From: an uncultured virus (IMG/VR IMGVR_UViG_3300014059_000009)
Taxonomy: Duplodnaviria > Heunggongvirae > Uroviricota > Caudoviricetes
DNA: 64,000 bases
IMG/VR virus record: IMGVR_UViG_3300014059_000009
Direction: 5' to 3' (one strand)
In this document: positions 44,416-54,326 of the stretch, in pieces
Position numbering within the stretch: the stretch's first letter is position 1
Layout: each line of letters starts with the position of its first letter
Program-made: the position numbers and the translations under genes
The notes under the pieces: generated by a model
Seen by the model: only the letters and a program-made list of their open reading frames with translations
What the model was told of the DNA's origin: nothing
Databases searched by the model: none

Positions 44416-44585
44416 CCCCTGACCTGTTCCTCACCATCATCGTCTGCCTTGGCCTCGCCGTGCTGTTCGTCTGCGCGCTGATCGGCCTCATGGCGATGGG
44501 CCATTTCATCAGCGTCAACCGCAGGCCGTGGGATGATCAGCCCCCGCCCGCGTCATGGCTCGCAAAGCAGGAGGGCCGGGAATGA
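44412..44585 (+). CDS. Small membrane protein
   Basis: Homolog of 2101..2274. Confidence 0.65.
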   Translation: MTPDLFLTIIVCLGLAVLFVCALIGLMAMGHFISVNRRPWDDQPPPASWLAKQEGRE

Positions 44586-44830
44586 GCGGCTGGAACTTCG
44601 ACATGTCGCAGGCACCTCGCGGATCGTGGCACACCGTCACCCGCAAGATCGGCAAGAATGAAGTCGAGACGGAGGAACATGTTCCTGACCTGATCATCGC
44701 CGCTGGCAACGATGGCGTTGTCACCTTGTCGAGATGGCTGCCGAGGGAGGGCCGGTGGAACATGTTCACCGCCGCCGTGCCGCCGAGGGCATGGCAGCCG
44801 TGGCCGTCACACCCGGAGACCAGCCCATGA
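44582..44830 (+). CDS. Hypothetical protein (absent from A)
   Basis: MSGWNFDMSQAPRG...P.AWQPWP DUF551-like pattern. Confidence 0.6.
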   Translation: MSGWNFDMSQAPRGSWHTVTRKIGKNEVETEEHVPDLIIAAGNDGVVTLSRWLPREGRWNMFTAAVPPRAWQPWPSHPETSP

Positions 44831-44949
44831 CCATCGCCCGTGTCTTCTGGCGCTGGACGCCCTTCATTGGCCGCTGCGACGATCCGTCCGCGCCGTTCTC
44901 GCGCGTCGTGCATATCGGCTGCTGGCTGATCTTCTGGGGGCGTCAATGA
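44827..44949 (+). CDS. Hypothetical protein (40 aa)
   Basis: Homolog of 2271..2393. Confidence 0.6.
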   Translation: MTIARVFWRWTPFIGRCDDPSAPFSRVVHIGCWLIFWGRQ

Positions 44950-45284
44950 CCCCATTCGCCCCTGCCCAGCTTCGTGTGCTTTCAGCCGAAAGCCGACGCT
45001 GCATGCAGGCAGCAAAGAACCCCGTGCAGCCGGGTAATGCTGCCTCCCTCCCTGCCCTCGCCCCCAATGTGATCACGGTGGGCGCACCTACCCCGGCGGC
45101 TTCGGCTGCCGGGGGCTTTCCCATGACCGAAACCCGCGAGCGGGAACTCCTGCGCGCCGTGCCCACGCTGCGCTGCACCGCCGAACTCGACGGCTTCCGC
45201 GCCCAGCTCCGGGATCAAGGCGAGACACCCACGGCTGCGCTGTATCAGGCGCTCCTCAAGCAATCGGAAAGGGTGGCCCGGTGA
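44946..45284 (+). CDS. Hypothetical protein
   Basis: Ends ALLKQSERVAR like 2390..2650. Confidence 0.55.
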   Translation: MTPFAPAQLRVLSAESRRCMQAAKNPVQPGNAASLPALAPNVITVGAPTPAASAAGGFPMTETRERELLRAVPTLRCTAELDGFRAQLRDQGETPTAALYQALLKQSERVAR

Positions 45285-45712
45285 TGCCGATACGCGCCGA
45301 GAACAAGGACCTCTACCCAAAGGACTGGCCGCAGATCAGCTTGGCGATCCGCAAAGCCGCCGGGCAGCGCTGTGAGAAGTGCAAAGCCCCGAATGGGGAA
45401 TTCATCTCGCGCGGCTGGGGCAAGGACGCTGGCACATACATGCTGGAGGGAGGGGAAACCTTTGACGCCGACACCGGCGAATACCTTGGCATGTCGCGCG
45501 GCTCGGAATTCAATTGCGGCAAGGTGGTGCGGGTCGTCCTGACAGTTGCCCACCTCGATCACCAGCCAGAGAACTGCGCGCCTGAGAACCTGCGAGCATG
45601 GTGCCAGCGGTGCCACAACGCCTACGACGCCCCTATGCGGGCCAAGGGCGTTGCTGATCGCCGCAGGGCCAAGCTTGCCGTCTCTGACATGTTTGGCGGT
45701 GGGCCATGCTGA
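45281..45712 (+). CDS. HNH-type nuclease
   Basis: YPKDW, RCEKC, VVLTVAHLDH.PENC...NLRAWCQRCHNAYD. Confidence 0.8.
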   Translation: MMPIRAENKDLYPKDWPQISLAIRKAAGQRCEKCKAPNGEFISRGWGKDAGTYMLEGGETFDADTGEYLGMSRGSEFNCGKVVRVVLTVAHLDHQPENCAPENLRAWCQRCHNAYDAPMRAKGVADRRRAKLAVSDMFGGGPC

Positions 45713-45858
45713 AACGCCTTCTCCGCTTCTTCCACAAGCCCGCAGACCCGCGTGACGCGGTGTTCGCCCGCCGAGCGCAGCGCGTCTGCAACCGGAAGCG
45801 CGAAGTCGCGGCGCGGTTTGAACGTGTCCACGCGATCCTGGCACGGGGGTCGAAGTGA
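45706..45858 (+). CDS. Hypothetical basic protein
   Basis: Homolog of 3288..3440. Confidence 0.65.
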   Translation: MLKRLLRFFHKPADPRDAVFARRAQRVCNRKREVAARFERVHAILARGSK

Positions 45859-46217
45859 AGCACGTCATCCTTCCCTGGCCCTATGAGGCCCTATGGCCCA
45901 ACGCCCGCCCCCATTGGGCGCAGAAAGCCAAGGCAACGAAAGCCTATCGCTTTGCCGCGAAAACCATGTGCCTCGGCGCAATGCCCGGCGTTGTCCGAGT
46001 GACGTTCTGCCCCAAGCCCTTCGGCCCGATCCCCGACCGAGACAACTGCATCGCGGCATTCAAGGCGGCTCAGGACGGCATCGCCGACGCCTTGGGCGTG
46101 AACGACCGGGATCTGATCTTCACCCACGAATTCGGCGACCGCTGCAAGGACGGCGGGGTGATCGTGGACATCATCCCGGCAGAGACAACCGTTCCGTTCC
46201 GGGGTGGCATCGCATGA
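45855..46217 (+). CDS. rusA: RusA-like Holliday junction resolvase
   Basis: LPWP...PNAR.HW, DRDNCIAAFKAAQDGIADALGVND. Confidence 0.75.
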   Translation: MKHVILPWPYEALWPNARPHWAQKAKATKAYRFAAKTMCLGAMPGVVRVTFCPKPFGPIPDRDNCIAAFKAAQDGIADALGVNDRDLIFTHEFGDRCKDGGVIVDIIPAETTVPFRGGIA

Positions 46218-46510
46218 GCATCCCACCGAACCCAGTCTGCATTCGCGGCACCACCTATATCAGCCAGGCGGCAGCCGCGCGGGCCTTGGGCGTTTCCACA
46301 TCCGCCATCTCAATCGCGCTGGACGAGGGTCGGATCGACACCGTGGGGCTGCGCCTCAAGAGCGGCGGCCACCCCGGAAGGCCGTGCTGGTATCGCGGCA
46401 AGCGGTATCCGTCCAGAACCGCTGCCGCCAATGCCTGCGGTGTTTCCGTCGCCGCCGTGTCGAAGGCCGTCAAGGCCGCCGCGCTGCGAAGCCGGGAGAT
46501 GGCGGTATGA
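46214..46510 (+). CDS. NUMOD1-like tandem HTH protein
   Basis: IRGTTYISQAAAARALGVS; YRGKRYPSRTAAANACGVS. Confidence 0.7.
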   Translation: MSIPPNPVCIRGTTYISQAAAARALGVSTSAISIALDEGRIDTVGLRLKSGGHPGRPCWYRGKRYPSRTAAANACGVSVAAVSKAVKAAALRSREMAV

Positions 46511-46869
46511 AACATCTGCGCAAACCCACCATTCCCATAGCCCCTTGGGAGATACCCGACGCAACCGGGGATGAGTGGGACTACACGCCAGAGGAACGCC
46601 AAATAGAGCGGGAATGGCACAGGGTTGAGATCGAAAGAGCGGCGGCTAAGCTTTCCACAGGAAAGGCGCCAATTCCTGTGGAAAGCCGGGTTTTGCACAG
46701 CTTACCCCCAACCCATTCCACACCAGCATCTGCTTTAATAGGCCGTGTGTTCATGGGCCGACTGAACGTTTCGGACCTGGATTACATGGCCAAGGCGATA
46801 CTGCAAATGGCCGACGAGAACCATGAATTGCGCGAGCGGGTGCGGAAATTGGAAGAGAGAATGAAATGA
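46507..46869 (+). CDS. Conserved protein upstream of initiator
   Basis: Homolog of 4149..4514; DnaA-box-like cluster at 46651-46722. Confidence 0.75.
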   Translation: MKHLRKPTIPIAPWEIPDATGDEWDYTPEERQIEREWHRVEIERAAAKLSTGKAPIPVESRVLHSLPPTHSTPASALIGRVFMGRLNVSDLDYMAKAILQMADENHELRERVRKLEERMK

Positions 46870-47597
46870 GCCGGATTCGGACAGTCAAACCTGAATTCTT
46901 CAAGCATGAGTCCCTCTTTGATGCTGAAAGGGAAAGCGGGCTTCCGTTGCGCCTCGCCTTCGCCGGGCTTTGGACGTGCTGTGACCGGGAGGGCCGCTTT
47001 GTGTGGCGTCCGAGGGCGCTGAAAACGGACATTCTGCCATACGACGATGTGGACTTTTCACGCGTGCTTGACGCGTTGGCCGCGCGTGGCTTTGTCGTCA
47101 AGTACGCGTCGGGTGGGCGTGAATATGGCGTCGTTCCGGGCTTTGCGCGCCACCAGGTCATAAACAACCGCGAAAGCCCCAGCGAAATACCAGCGCCGGA
47201 GCAAGTTGTTGATACTTCGATGGAACTGACGCGTGGACCACGCGTCAATGACGCGTCACCCACGCGACACGGACTTGCACAAGGGGAAGGGGAAGGGAAG
47301 GGAAGGGAAGAGGATTCAGAAACTAACGTTTCTGACGGCGATGCCGTCGATCCGGCAAAGGCGGTTTTCGATGCAGGGGTGAAGGTTCTTTGCGGCTCTG
47401 GCATCCCGGAAAGGCAGGCCCGGACATTCGTCGGCAAGTTGCGCAAGGACCACCCTGATCAGGACGGCCAAATCCTCGGGGCAATCATGGACTGCGGCAG
47501 GGCCGGGGCGGTTGATCCAATCCCGTGGATAACCGCCCGCCTCGCCACCCGATTCACCCCGCAATTCGATCCCGCCAAATTCGAGGGCATTCAATGA
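46866..47597 (+). CDS. Replication initiator (different family from A)
   Basis: MSRIRTVKPEFF...GLWTCCDREGRF; ACGCGT repeats 47059-47267 and purine tract 47281-47313. Confidence 0.75.
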   Translation: MSRIRTVKPEFFKHESLFDAERESGLPLRLAFAGLWTCCDREGRFVWRPRALKTDILPYDDVDFSRVLDALAARGFVVKYASGGREYGVVPGFARHQVINNRESPSEIPAPEQVVDTSMELTRGPRVNDASPTRHGLAQGEGEGKGREEDSETNVSDGDAVDPAKAVFDAGVKVLCGSGIPERQARTFVGKLRKDHPDQDGQILGAIMDCGRAGAVDPIPWITARLATRFTPQFDPAKFEGIQ

Positions 47598-48202
47598 CAA
47601 GTCTGAGATCAGCCGAGATCGGCAAGCAATTCCAAGAATGGGCCGAACGCCTAACCCCGCCGCAAGGGATCAAGAACAACCCGAAGGCCATGCAGGCCGA
47701 ATGGGACGCCCTGCTGAAAGTCCTTCTGCGCTTTGCCCCCGGCGATGGCTACAACGGCTGGGTGGCCGAGGCGCTGGAACGCTGCGGCATGAACCTGAAA
47801 ACCCGCGCTTGGCCCACGGTTCACGAACTCGGTGCGGCTTGCAGCAACTTCCGCAAGGAATCCAGATCGGGGCCGGATGCACAGGCTGCGCCGCCGATGA
47901 AGTCTGAACACCAGATCATCGCCGACCGCATGGCGCGGGGTGATCCTGTCGGCGAAGGCTGGCTCTATGGCCGTGCGGCCTGTGAACTGATCCGGCAACG
48001 GCTGGTGGATCAGGCAACCATGTCGGCGTATCGCAGCGGGGCCTTCTTCGCCAGAAAGGACGAATACGGCCAAGAGGCGGCACTGGCATGGGAAGCCGAA
48101 GCCAAGGCCAAGCATGAGGCGGCTAAGGAAGCCTTCCGGGACGACACGCCCCACCACGGCCCGGTTTCGGTTGAGGCGAAGCGGTTCGGTGACGCGGCAT
48201 GA
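47594..48202 (+). CDS. Helicase loader-like protein (P position)
   Basis: Follows initiator; RAWPTVHEL. Confidence 0.5.
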   Translation: MTSLRSAEIGKQFQEWAERLTPPQGIKNNPKAMQAEWDALLKVLLRFAPGDGYNGWVAEALERCGMNLKTRAWPTVHELGAACSNFRKESRSGPDAQAAPPMKSEHQIIADRMARGDPVGEGWLYGRAACELIRQRLVDQATMSAYRSGAFFARKDEYGQEAALAWEAEAKAKHEAAKEAFRDDTPHHGPVSVEAKRFGDAA

Positions 48203-48609
48203 GCATCGAACCCCACCACGCCCGCACCGTCCACATTCGCGCCGCCATACCGCCGAAGCCCGAGCCGGTCACTCTCGCCCCCAAGCTGTCCATGGCCGAC
48301 GAGGCCGCGCAGGTCCGCGCCAGAACCCACCGGGCTTGGGGCTTCACCACCTCCACCGCATCCGGCACCGACGCCAACGCCAAGCGAAACCAAGAGGCGC
48401 AGGCCCGCCGCGCCGCGCTGATCCTGCGCGTCATGGATCTCCTGCAATCCGGCCCTGCGACCGCCGCAGAAATGCGCGCCGCACTCGGGGAAACGCAAGC
48501 CCAGCTTTGCAACGCCCTGACCCAAGCCAAAGCGCAGGGCCTCATCGACTACAGCCGGTGGGGGCGTGGGGCCAGATGGCACATCAACACCGACAAGGGG
48601 GTGGAATGA
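48199..48609 (+). CDS. Winged-HTH protein
   Basis: GPATAAEMRAALG...ALTQAKAQGLI...ARW. Confidence 0.6.
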   Translation: MSIEPHHARTVHIRAAIPPKPEPVTLAPKLSMADEAAQVRARTHRAWGFTTSTASGTDANAKRNQEAQARRAALILRVMDLLQSGPATAAEMRAALGETQAQLCNALTQAKAQGLIDYSRWGRGARWHINTDKGVE

Positions 48610-49238
48610 CAAGCAAGGCACAACGCAAGCGCCGGAAAAACCGCGCCAAGGCAAGCATCACCCTGCCGGGGGGCGAAGCCGTTCCGCAGACCCATCCGAC
48701 AGACTCGCGGCGCGGCAGGGCAGAGGACGCCCGCAAAACGGCGCTGCAGGCGCGGTGCAGGGTTTTCGCGAGTGCGGATAGCCCAAAGGACGAGTCCGCG
48801 TTCAGTGACCCGCGTTGGGGCTGTAGCGTCGGGCGTCTGATCCTCACCGAGCCGGAACATCGCCGCGCCGATCTGTGGAACGCCACGCAACACGCCCGCG
48901 CAACCCAGCTGGCCTATGACAGGGCCATCGGTGCCCCGAACCGCCACGCCCAATGCCTGCGCATCCTGTCGCCCGTCGCCGCATTCGAAGCAGACGCAGC
49001 ATCACCGGCCCCGGACTATCGCACCGCAGAGGAACGGGAACAGCAGGCCGTGAGCGCATGGATGCAGGTGCAAGGCTGGATCGGCCACACAGACGCCCGC
49101 GCCATCAGCGCCTTCAAACAGGCCGTGATCAACGATCCCGACGGCCAGGTGAGGGACTGGCCCGGAGTGCTGGCCTGCCTGCAATGCATCGCGGAGGGGC
49201 TGAAAGGCGATCAGGTCAGGGCGAGAGTGCGAAAATAA
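48606..49238 (+). CDS. Putative late regulator/antiterminator (Q position)
   Basis: Last early-right gene; basic N-terminus; call is positional. Confidence 0.5.
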   Translation: MTSKAQRKRRKNRAKASITLPGGEAVPQTHPTDSRRGRAEDARKTALQARCRVFASADSPKDESAFSDPRWGCSVGRLILTEPEHRRADLWNATQHARATQLAYDRAIGAPNRHAQCLRILSPVAAFEADAASPAPDYRTAEEREQQAVSAWMQVQGWIGHTDARAISAFKQAVINDPDGQVRDWPGVLACLQCIAEGLKGDQVRARVRK

Positions 49239-49262
49239 TTCGCGAGGTGTGCATTTTACCCA

Positions 49263-49291
49263 TTGACTGTGACATGTCACAATGGCATATT
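49263..49291 (+). promoter_or_regulatory. Sigma70 promoter with palindromic operator
   Basis: TTGACT-17 nt-CATATT; TGTGACATGTCACA (49268-49281). Confidence 0.8.
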
Positions 49292-49332
49292 GAGGACATG
49301 GAAACGGGGAAACCCAGACAGGAGATACCGAG

Positions 49333-49485
49333 ATGACCACCCGCATCTACAAAGGCCACGAAATCACCCGCAACCACGACGGCAAATGGATTGTTCGCCG
49401 CGCCAACGGCTCGCTGAGCCAGCATGCAACCTTGGCTGACGCGAAAGAAGCCATCACGATCATGGTTGATGTGGCGGAGGCGTGA
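49333..49485 (+). CDS. 50-aa hypothetical protein (candidate anti-defence)
   Basis: SD AGGAG; MTTRIYKGHEITRNHDGKW...TLADAKEAI. Confidence 0.7.
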   Translation: MTTRIYKGHEITRNHDGKWIVRRANGSLSQHATLADAKEAITIMVDVAEA

Positions 49486-49493
49486 TCGGACTG

Positions 49494-49655
49494 ATGACCC
49501 CCGCAAACGAACGCAAAGCCAAGGAGCGCGAAGCCAAGCGCGCAGCCGGGTTGATAAAGGTGGAAGTTTGGGTGCCGGTTTGTGAGGCAGACAAGATCAA
49601 GGCGCTCGCCGCCAAGATGAAGCCGAAGGCACCGAAGGCAACCACAACCGCTTGA
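49494..49655 (+). CDS. Small RHH-like DNA-binding protein
   Basis: [23 protein letters not shown]...DKIKALA. Confidence 0.6.
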   Translation: MTPANERKAKEREAKRAAGLIKVEVWVPVCEADKIKALAAKMKPKAPKATTTA

Positions 49656-49737
49656 CATTTCGTCCGTTCGTGTGTCCACTCCCATCATCGAGACGAACCG
49701 CGCCCGCCAGGATCACCCTGCGCGGGCGCTTCGCATT
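49652..49737 (+). promoter_or_regulatory. Late promoter plus conserved leader hairpin
   Basis: TTGACA 49652; hairpin 49701-49728 identical to 8029-8056. Confidence 0.65.
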
Positions 49738-49789
49738 TCACCCCACCCACAACAGGAGCACCACCGCGACGGCGGGCGGTGACGAACGC

Positions 49790-50338
49790 ATGGCGGCACC
49801 AGCAGGCAATCGCTTCTGGGAAGCTCGCTCATCGCATGGGCGGGCACCCATCTTCGCCTCGCCGGAGGAACTGTGGTCCGCCTGCCTCGAATACTTCGAA
49901 TGGGTCGAATCAAATCCTCTGTATGAGGCGAGGCCGTTCGCTTATCAGGGGGTCGTCGTTCAGGAGCCGGTCGCCAAGATGCGGGCGATGACCATCATGG
50001 GTCTGTGCAACTTCCTTGATATCAGCGTTGACGCTTGGGCGCTGTATCGCGGTCGGGAAGATTTTATCGGCGTCGTCTCACGAGCCGAACAAATCATGCG
50101 GCAACAGAAGTTCGAGGGCGCATCAGCCGACTTGCTCAATCCGAACATCATCGCCCGTGATCTTGGACTTGCTGACAAGCAAGAGCAAAGCGGCACGATC
50201 CAGCATCAGGTGACAGCGGATGACGCTTTTGCAACCTTCATCGCAACTCTGGGCGGCCATGCATCCGCACCAGCAGGCGGCGGTGATGGCGAGGGCGAAG
50301 TGGCAGGCGAGAGCGAGGCCCAACCAGATCACGCCTGA
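49790..50338 (+). CDS. terS: Terminase small subunit (P22 gp3-like)
   Basis: [49 protein letters not shown]. Confidence 0.9.
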   Translation: MAAPAGNRFWEARSSHGRAPIFASPEELWSACLEYFEWVESNPLYEARPFAYQGVVVQEPVAKMRAMTIMGLCNFLDISVDAWALYRGREDFIGVVSRAEQIMRQQKFEGASADLLNPNIIARDLGLADKQEQSGTIQHQVTADDAFATFIATLGGHASAPAGGGDGEGEVAGESEAQPDHA

Positions 50339-51524
50339 TGGCGACTGGCTGACATGGGTCATCCTCGCCGGTCGCGGCTGGGGCAAGACAAGAACGGGGG
50401 CAGAGGACTCGGCTTGGGCTGGAATGGCAAACCCCGGCTGGCGGATTGCAGTGGTTGCCCCGACAAGCGCGGATGCGCGGGACACCTGCATCGAAGGGGA
50501 CAGCGGGCTTCTCAACGTCCTGCCGCGTGAGGCGGTGCAGACGTGGAACCGCAGCCTTGGCGAACTGATCCTGATCAACGGGACGAGATACAAGGCCTTC
50601 TCAGCAGATGAACCGGAACGCCTTCGCGGCCCGCAGCACCACCGAGCATGGGCCGATGAGCTTGCCGCGTGGCGCTATCCTGAGGCATGGGACCAGCTCA
50701 TGTTCGGCCTGCGGCTTGGGGATCACCCGCAGGCGGTTGTGACGACGACGCCCAAACCAACACCACTGGTCAAGACATTGGTGGCGGCCAAGACAAGCTT
50801 TGTGACGCGGGGCAGCACATTCGACAACGCAGCGAACCTTGCGCCGTCTGCGCTTGCGATGCTGCGCGAGAAATACGAGGGGACGCGGCTTGGACGACAG
50901 GAGCTTGAGGCAGAAATTCTTGGAGATCTTCCAGGAGCCCTATGGAGTCTCGCCAACCTCGACGCCTACCGGCTTAGAGAAAGCCCAGAGCCTGGCCGCA
51001 TCGTTGTTGCCGTCGATCCCGCCGTCACTGCAACCGAAGCAAGCGACGAACACGGAATCATTGTGGCCGGACTGGCTGACCAGCGCGGCCTTGTCCTTGA
51101 AGACGCATCGCTTTCAGGCAGCCCCAACGAATGGGCCAAGCGGGCAGTCAGCCTCTACCGCAGTTGGAATGCCGACTGCATCGTGATCGAGGTCAACCAG
51201 GGCGGCGACATGGTGGCGCATACCATCCGCACCATTGATCCGAATGTGAAGATCAGGGAAGTCCGGGCATCGCGCGGCAAGCACGTCCGGGCCGAGCCTA
51301 TCGCGGCGCTGTATGAGCAAGGCCGCGTTGCACATGTGGGATCGTTCCCCGTGCTGGAAAACCAGATGACGCAGATGACAACCAACGGCTTTGAGGGCGA
51401 AGGCAGCCCCGACCGCGTTGATGCGCTGGTCTGGGCCATGACGGACCTGTTCCCCGGCATGACTGAGCGCGCGCCCGACCCGGCGCGGTATGCAATTCCG
51501 AAAAAGCGCGGCTGGATGAGGTAA
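50220..51524 (+). CDS. terL: Terminase large subunit (start uncertain)
   Basis: [45 protein letters not shown]. Confidence 0.95.
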   Translation: MTLLQPSSQLWAAMHPHQQAAVMARAKWQARARPNQITPDGDWLTWVILAGRGWGKTRTGAEDSAWAGMANPGWRIAVVAPTSADARDTCIEGDSGLLNVLPREAVQTWNRSLGELILINGTRYKAFSADEPERLRGPQHHRAWADELAAWRYPEAWDQLMFGLRLGDHPQAVVTTTPKPTPLVKTLVAAKTSFVTRGSTFDNAANLAPSALAMLREKYEGTRLGRQELEAEILGDLPGALWSLANLDAYRLRESPEPGRIVVAVDPAVTATEASDEHGIIVAGLADQRGLVLEDASLSGSPNEWAKRAVSLYRSWNADCIVIEVNQGGDMVAHTIRTIDPNVKIREVRASRGKHVRAEPIAALYEQGRVAHVGSFPVLENQMTQMTTNGFEGEGSPDRVDALVWAMTDLFPGMTERAPDPARYAIPKKRGWMR

Positions 51525-51528
51525 CTAA

Positions 51529-53487
51529 ATGGCCGACGCCGATAAAGACGCCATCATCAAGCTTGCCAACGCCCGCATGAATGAGGCGTATTCGGCTGAC
51601 CAGCCCCACCGCGAACGCGCGCAGGATGATCTGAAAAACGTCATCGGCGACCAGTGGCCGCAGGACGAACGGCAGGAGCGCGAGAGCGAAGGCCGCCCGT
51701 GCCTGACCATCAACATTCTTGCCCAGAACGTGCGTCAGGTGACAGGGCAGATCAGGTCGCTCAACCCGGCCATCAAGGTCACTGCAGCCGACAGCGCGGC
51801 GAACAAGGACACCGCCGAAGTCATTGAGGGCATGATCCGGCACATCGAGAACAAGTCCGATGCGTCCAGCATCTATGAGGCGGCGACGGAAAGCGCGGCG
51901 GCCTCTTCTATCGGTTACTGGCGCGTTCGGGCCGACTACGCCGAAGGGGACACCTTCGACCAGGAGTTGCGGATCGAGCGGGTGTTCAACCCCTTCGCTG
52001 TTTTTCTGGACCCGTTCGCGAAAGACCCCACCCGCAAGGACGCGCGGTATGGGTTCATCGTGGCGGAAATGCCGAAGGAAGACTTCGAGGCGGAGTATCC
52101 CGACGCGCAGGTGATGGACATCACCGGGGATCACCGCATCCCGAACTTCGAGCAATGGGCCACGGCAGAGCGTGTCGTGGTGGCCGAATACTTCTGGATC
52201 GACCACAAAGAACACGAAATCGGGTTGCTGCCCTCCGGTCAGGTGATCAAGGGTCCGTTTCCCAAGGGCATCCAGATCGGCAAGAAGCGCACAGTGCGGA
52301 CGCCGCAGGTGATGTGGGCCAAGGTGACCGGGGCCGAGGTGCTGGAAGGCCCTACGGAATTCCCGTGCAGCTACATCCCCATCGTCGCCGTGACGGGCGA
52401 GGAGTGGCACCTCGGCGAGGAATCGTACCGGTCCAGCGTGATCCGGTTCGCAAAAGACCCGCAGCGGATGTTCAACTATGCCGCCTCGACGGATGCGGAG
52501 GTGACTTCAGCGCAGCCCAAAGCGCCGTTCATGGTGTCTACGCAGCAGATCAAGGGCTTTGAGGATATCTGGGCGGAAATGGGGGTGAAGAACCGCCCGT
52601 ATCTGCCATACAACCCCGATCCCGAGGCCGGGATGCCGCAGCGGATTAACCCGCCGGTTGCATCCCAAGCCCTGCAGCTGCAAATGCAGATGGCGGCGGA
52701 GAACATCAAGCGCACGACCGGCATCTACGACGCCAGCCTGGGCGCGCGGTCCAACGAAACCAGCGGCAAGGCGATCCTGGCGCGCAAGGAAGAGTCGCAG
52801 AACTCAACCTCGATCTATTCGGACAACATGGTCAAGGCGATCACCCACACCGGCTGCATCCTCGTGGACATGATCCCGCGCATTTACGACACGCAGCGGA
52901 TCGTTCGGGTGCTCGGCGAAGATGGCCAGGAGAAGATGGAGACGATCAACAAGCTGGTGATGACGGCTCAAGGCCCCGCGACGATGAACGACATGACCGC
53001 TGGCCGGTATGACGTGAACGTATCGGTCGGCCCGTCCTATTCGGCGAAGCGCGAGGAAACGCGCGATGGCTTGCAGGCGCTGTTGCAGGCGGTTCCCGGC
53101 GCGGCACAACTCATTGGCGACCTGTATGTGTCGTCAATGGATTGGGAACACGCCGACCGGGCCGCTGAACGGATGCGCAAGATGTTGCCCCCGGGTGTTG
53201 CCGAGGAGTCCGAAGAGGACATGACGCCGGAGCAGATGCAGGCCAAGCAGCAGCAGATGATGCAAGCGCAGCAAGAAGCGCAGATGCAGCAAGAGGCGCA
53301 ACAGATTGCCAAGGCGAAAGCCATCGCCGAGGTGAAAGAGGCGGAAGCCAAGGCCCGCAAGGCCGAAGCCGAGGCGCAAAAGACCGAACTGGAGGTCGCG
53401 ATTATGAGCGGCCAGGTTCGGCAGATGGTCGAGGGCGCAGTTGCCCAGACCGCACACGCCATGACCCTGCAACACGCGGGCATGTAA
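51529..53487 (+). CDS. Portal protein (P22-like)
   Basis: GDQW, RPCLTIN, KDPQRMFNY, GRYDVNVSVGPSY. Confidence 0.9.
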   Translation: MADADKDAIIKLANARMNEAYSADQPHRERAQDDLKNVIGDQWPQDERQERESEGRPCLTINILAQNVRQVTGQIRSLNPAIKVTAADSAANKDTAEVIEGMIRHIENKSDASSIYEAATESAAASSIGYWRVRADYAEGDTFDQELRIERVFNPFAVFLDPFAKDPTRKDARYGFIVAEMPKEDFEAEYPDAQVMDITGDHRIPNFEQWATAERVVVAEYFWIDHKEHEIGLLPSGQVIKGPFPKGIQIGKKRTVRTPQVMWAKVTGAEVLEGPTEFPCSYIPIVAVTGEEWHLGEESYRSSVIRFAKDPQRMFNYAASTDAEVTSAQPKAPFMVSTQQIKGFEDIWAEMGVKNRPYLPYNPDPEAGMPQRINPPVASQALQLQMQMAAENIKRTTGIYDASLGARSNETSGKAILARKEESQNSTSIYSDNMVKAITHTGCILVDMIPRIYDTQRIVRVLGEDGQEKMETINKLVMTAQGPATMNDMTAGRYDVNVSVGPSYSAKREETRDGLQALLQAVPGAAQLIGDLYVSSMDWEHADRAAERMRKMLPPGVAEESEEDMTPEQMQAKQQQMMQAQQEAQMQQEAQQIAKAKAIAEVKEAEAKARKAEAEAQKTELEVAIMSGQVRQMVEGAVAQTAHAMTLQHAGM

Positions 53488-53507
53488 CCCCTTTAAGCGA
53501 GGAACCG

Positions 53508-54314
53508 ATGGAAGACGAAAGCGCGGCAGCCCTTGTGGCCGCCCCTGAACCCGTTGTCACAGAAGCGCCGAAGGGCGAAGAAGCAGGGCAGGTTGAAACC
53601 CCGCCCGCCGAGGGGCAACCCGAGGAGAAGAGTGAGTCAGCCAAGCGCCGCGAACGCGAGAAAGCGTACCGGGCGCGGTTGCAGACCGAAGCCGCCGAAG
53701 CGAAGGCCGAAGCCGAACAGGCCAAGGCGCGTCGTCAGGCAATTCTGGACGCGGCAAAGCAGGAAGCCCCGCCGAAGGAAGACGATTTCCCTGATCCGAT
53801 TGAATTCGCCGCCGCCAAAGCAATTTGGGGCGCGGAGCAACGGCTGACGGCGCGAGAAGCGAAGAATGCCGGTGATGCGGCGAAAGCCGCTGAGGACAAG
53901 GCGGAGGAAATTGGCAAGCGTGACCGCGCAATCCTGGAGCAATCCTGGGCTGCGGCGCGCGAAGAGGCCAAGACCAGATACGCGGATTTCGAGACGGTCG
54001 CGCTGACGGGGTGGGAACCTTCGCCAGCCATGACCGACCTGATCCTCACGTCTGACGTTGGCCCGGATGTTGCCTATCACCTCGGCCAGAACCGCGCGCT
54101 GGCCGCGCAGATCGCAGCAATGAGCCAGGTGGAAGCCGCAAGGGCGATTGGCCGCATCGAGGCCAGCATCGTCGCGCCGAAGCCGCGAACCGAAACCAAG
54201 GCCCCCGATCCGATCAACCCCGTGCGGGGATCGGCGGCGGCTGGCCGCAACCCTGACACCATGTCCTACGTCGAGTGGGTCAAGTGGCGTGAGGGCGGTG
54301 GCAAAATCACCTGA
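53508..54314 (+). CDS. Scaffolding protein
   Basis: GPDVAYHLGQN, AARAIGRIEA, APDPINPV. Confidence 0.85.
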   Translation: MEDESAAALVAAPEPVVTEAPKGEEAGQVETPPAEGQPEEKSESAKRREREKAYRARLQTEAAEAKAEAEQAKARRQAILDAAKQEAPPKEDDFPDPIEFAAAKAIWGAEQRLTAREAKNAGDAAKAAEDKAEEIGKRDRAILEQSWAAAREEAKTRYADFETVALTGWEPSPAMTDLILTSDVGPDVAYHLGQNRALAAQIAAMSQVEAARAIGRIEASIVAPKPRTETKAPDPINPVRGSAAAGRNPDTMSYVEWVKWREGGGKIT

Positions 54315-54326
54315 GGAGGGTGAACA

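Noticed and set aside
47281..47313. GGGAA tandem tract as a contingency locus or G-quadruplex
   Set aside because: In-frame GEGEGKGREE linker typical of this initiator type; treated as part of the origin region
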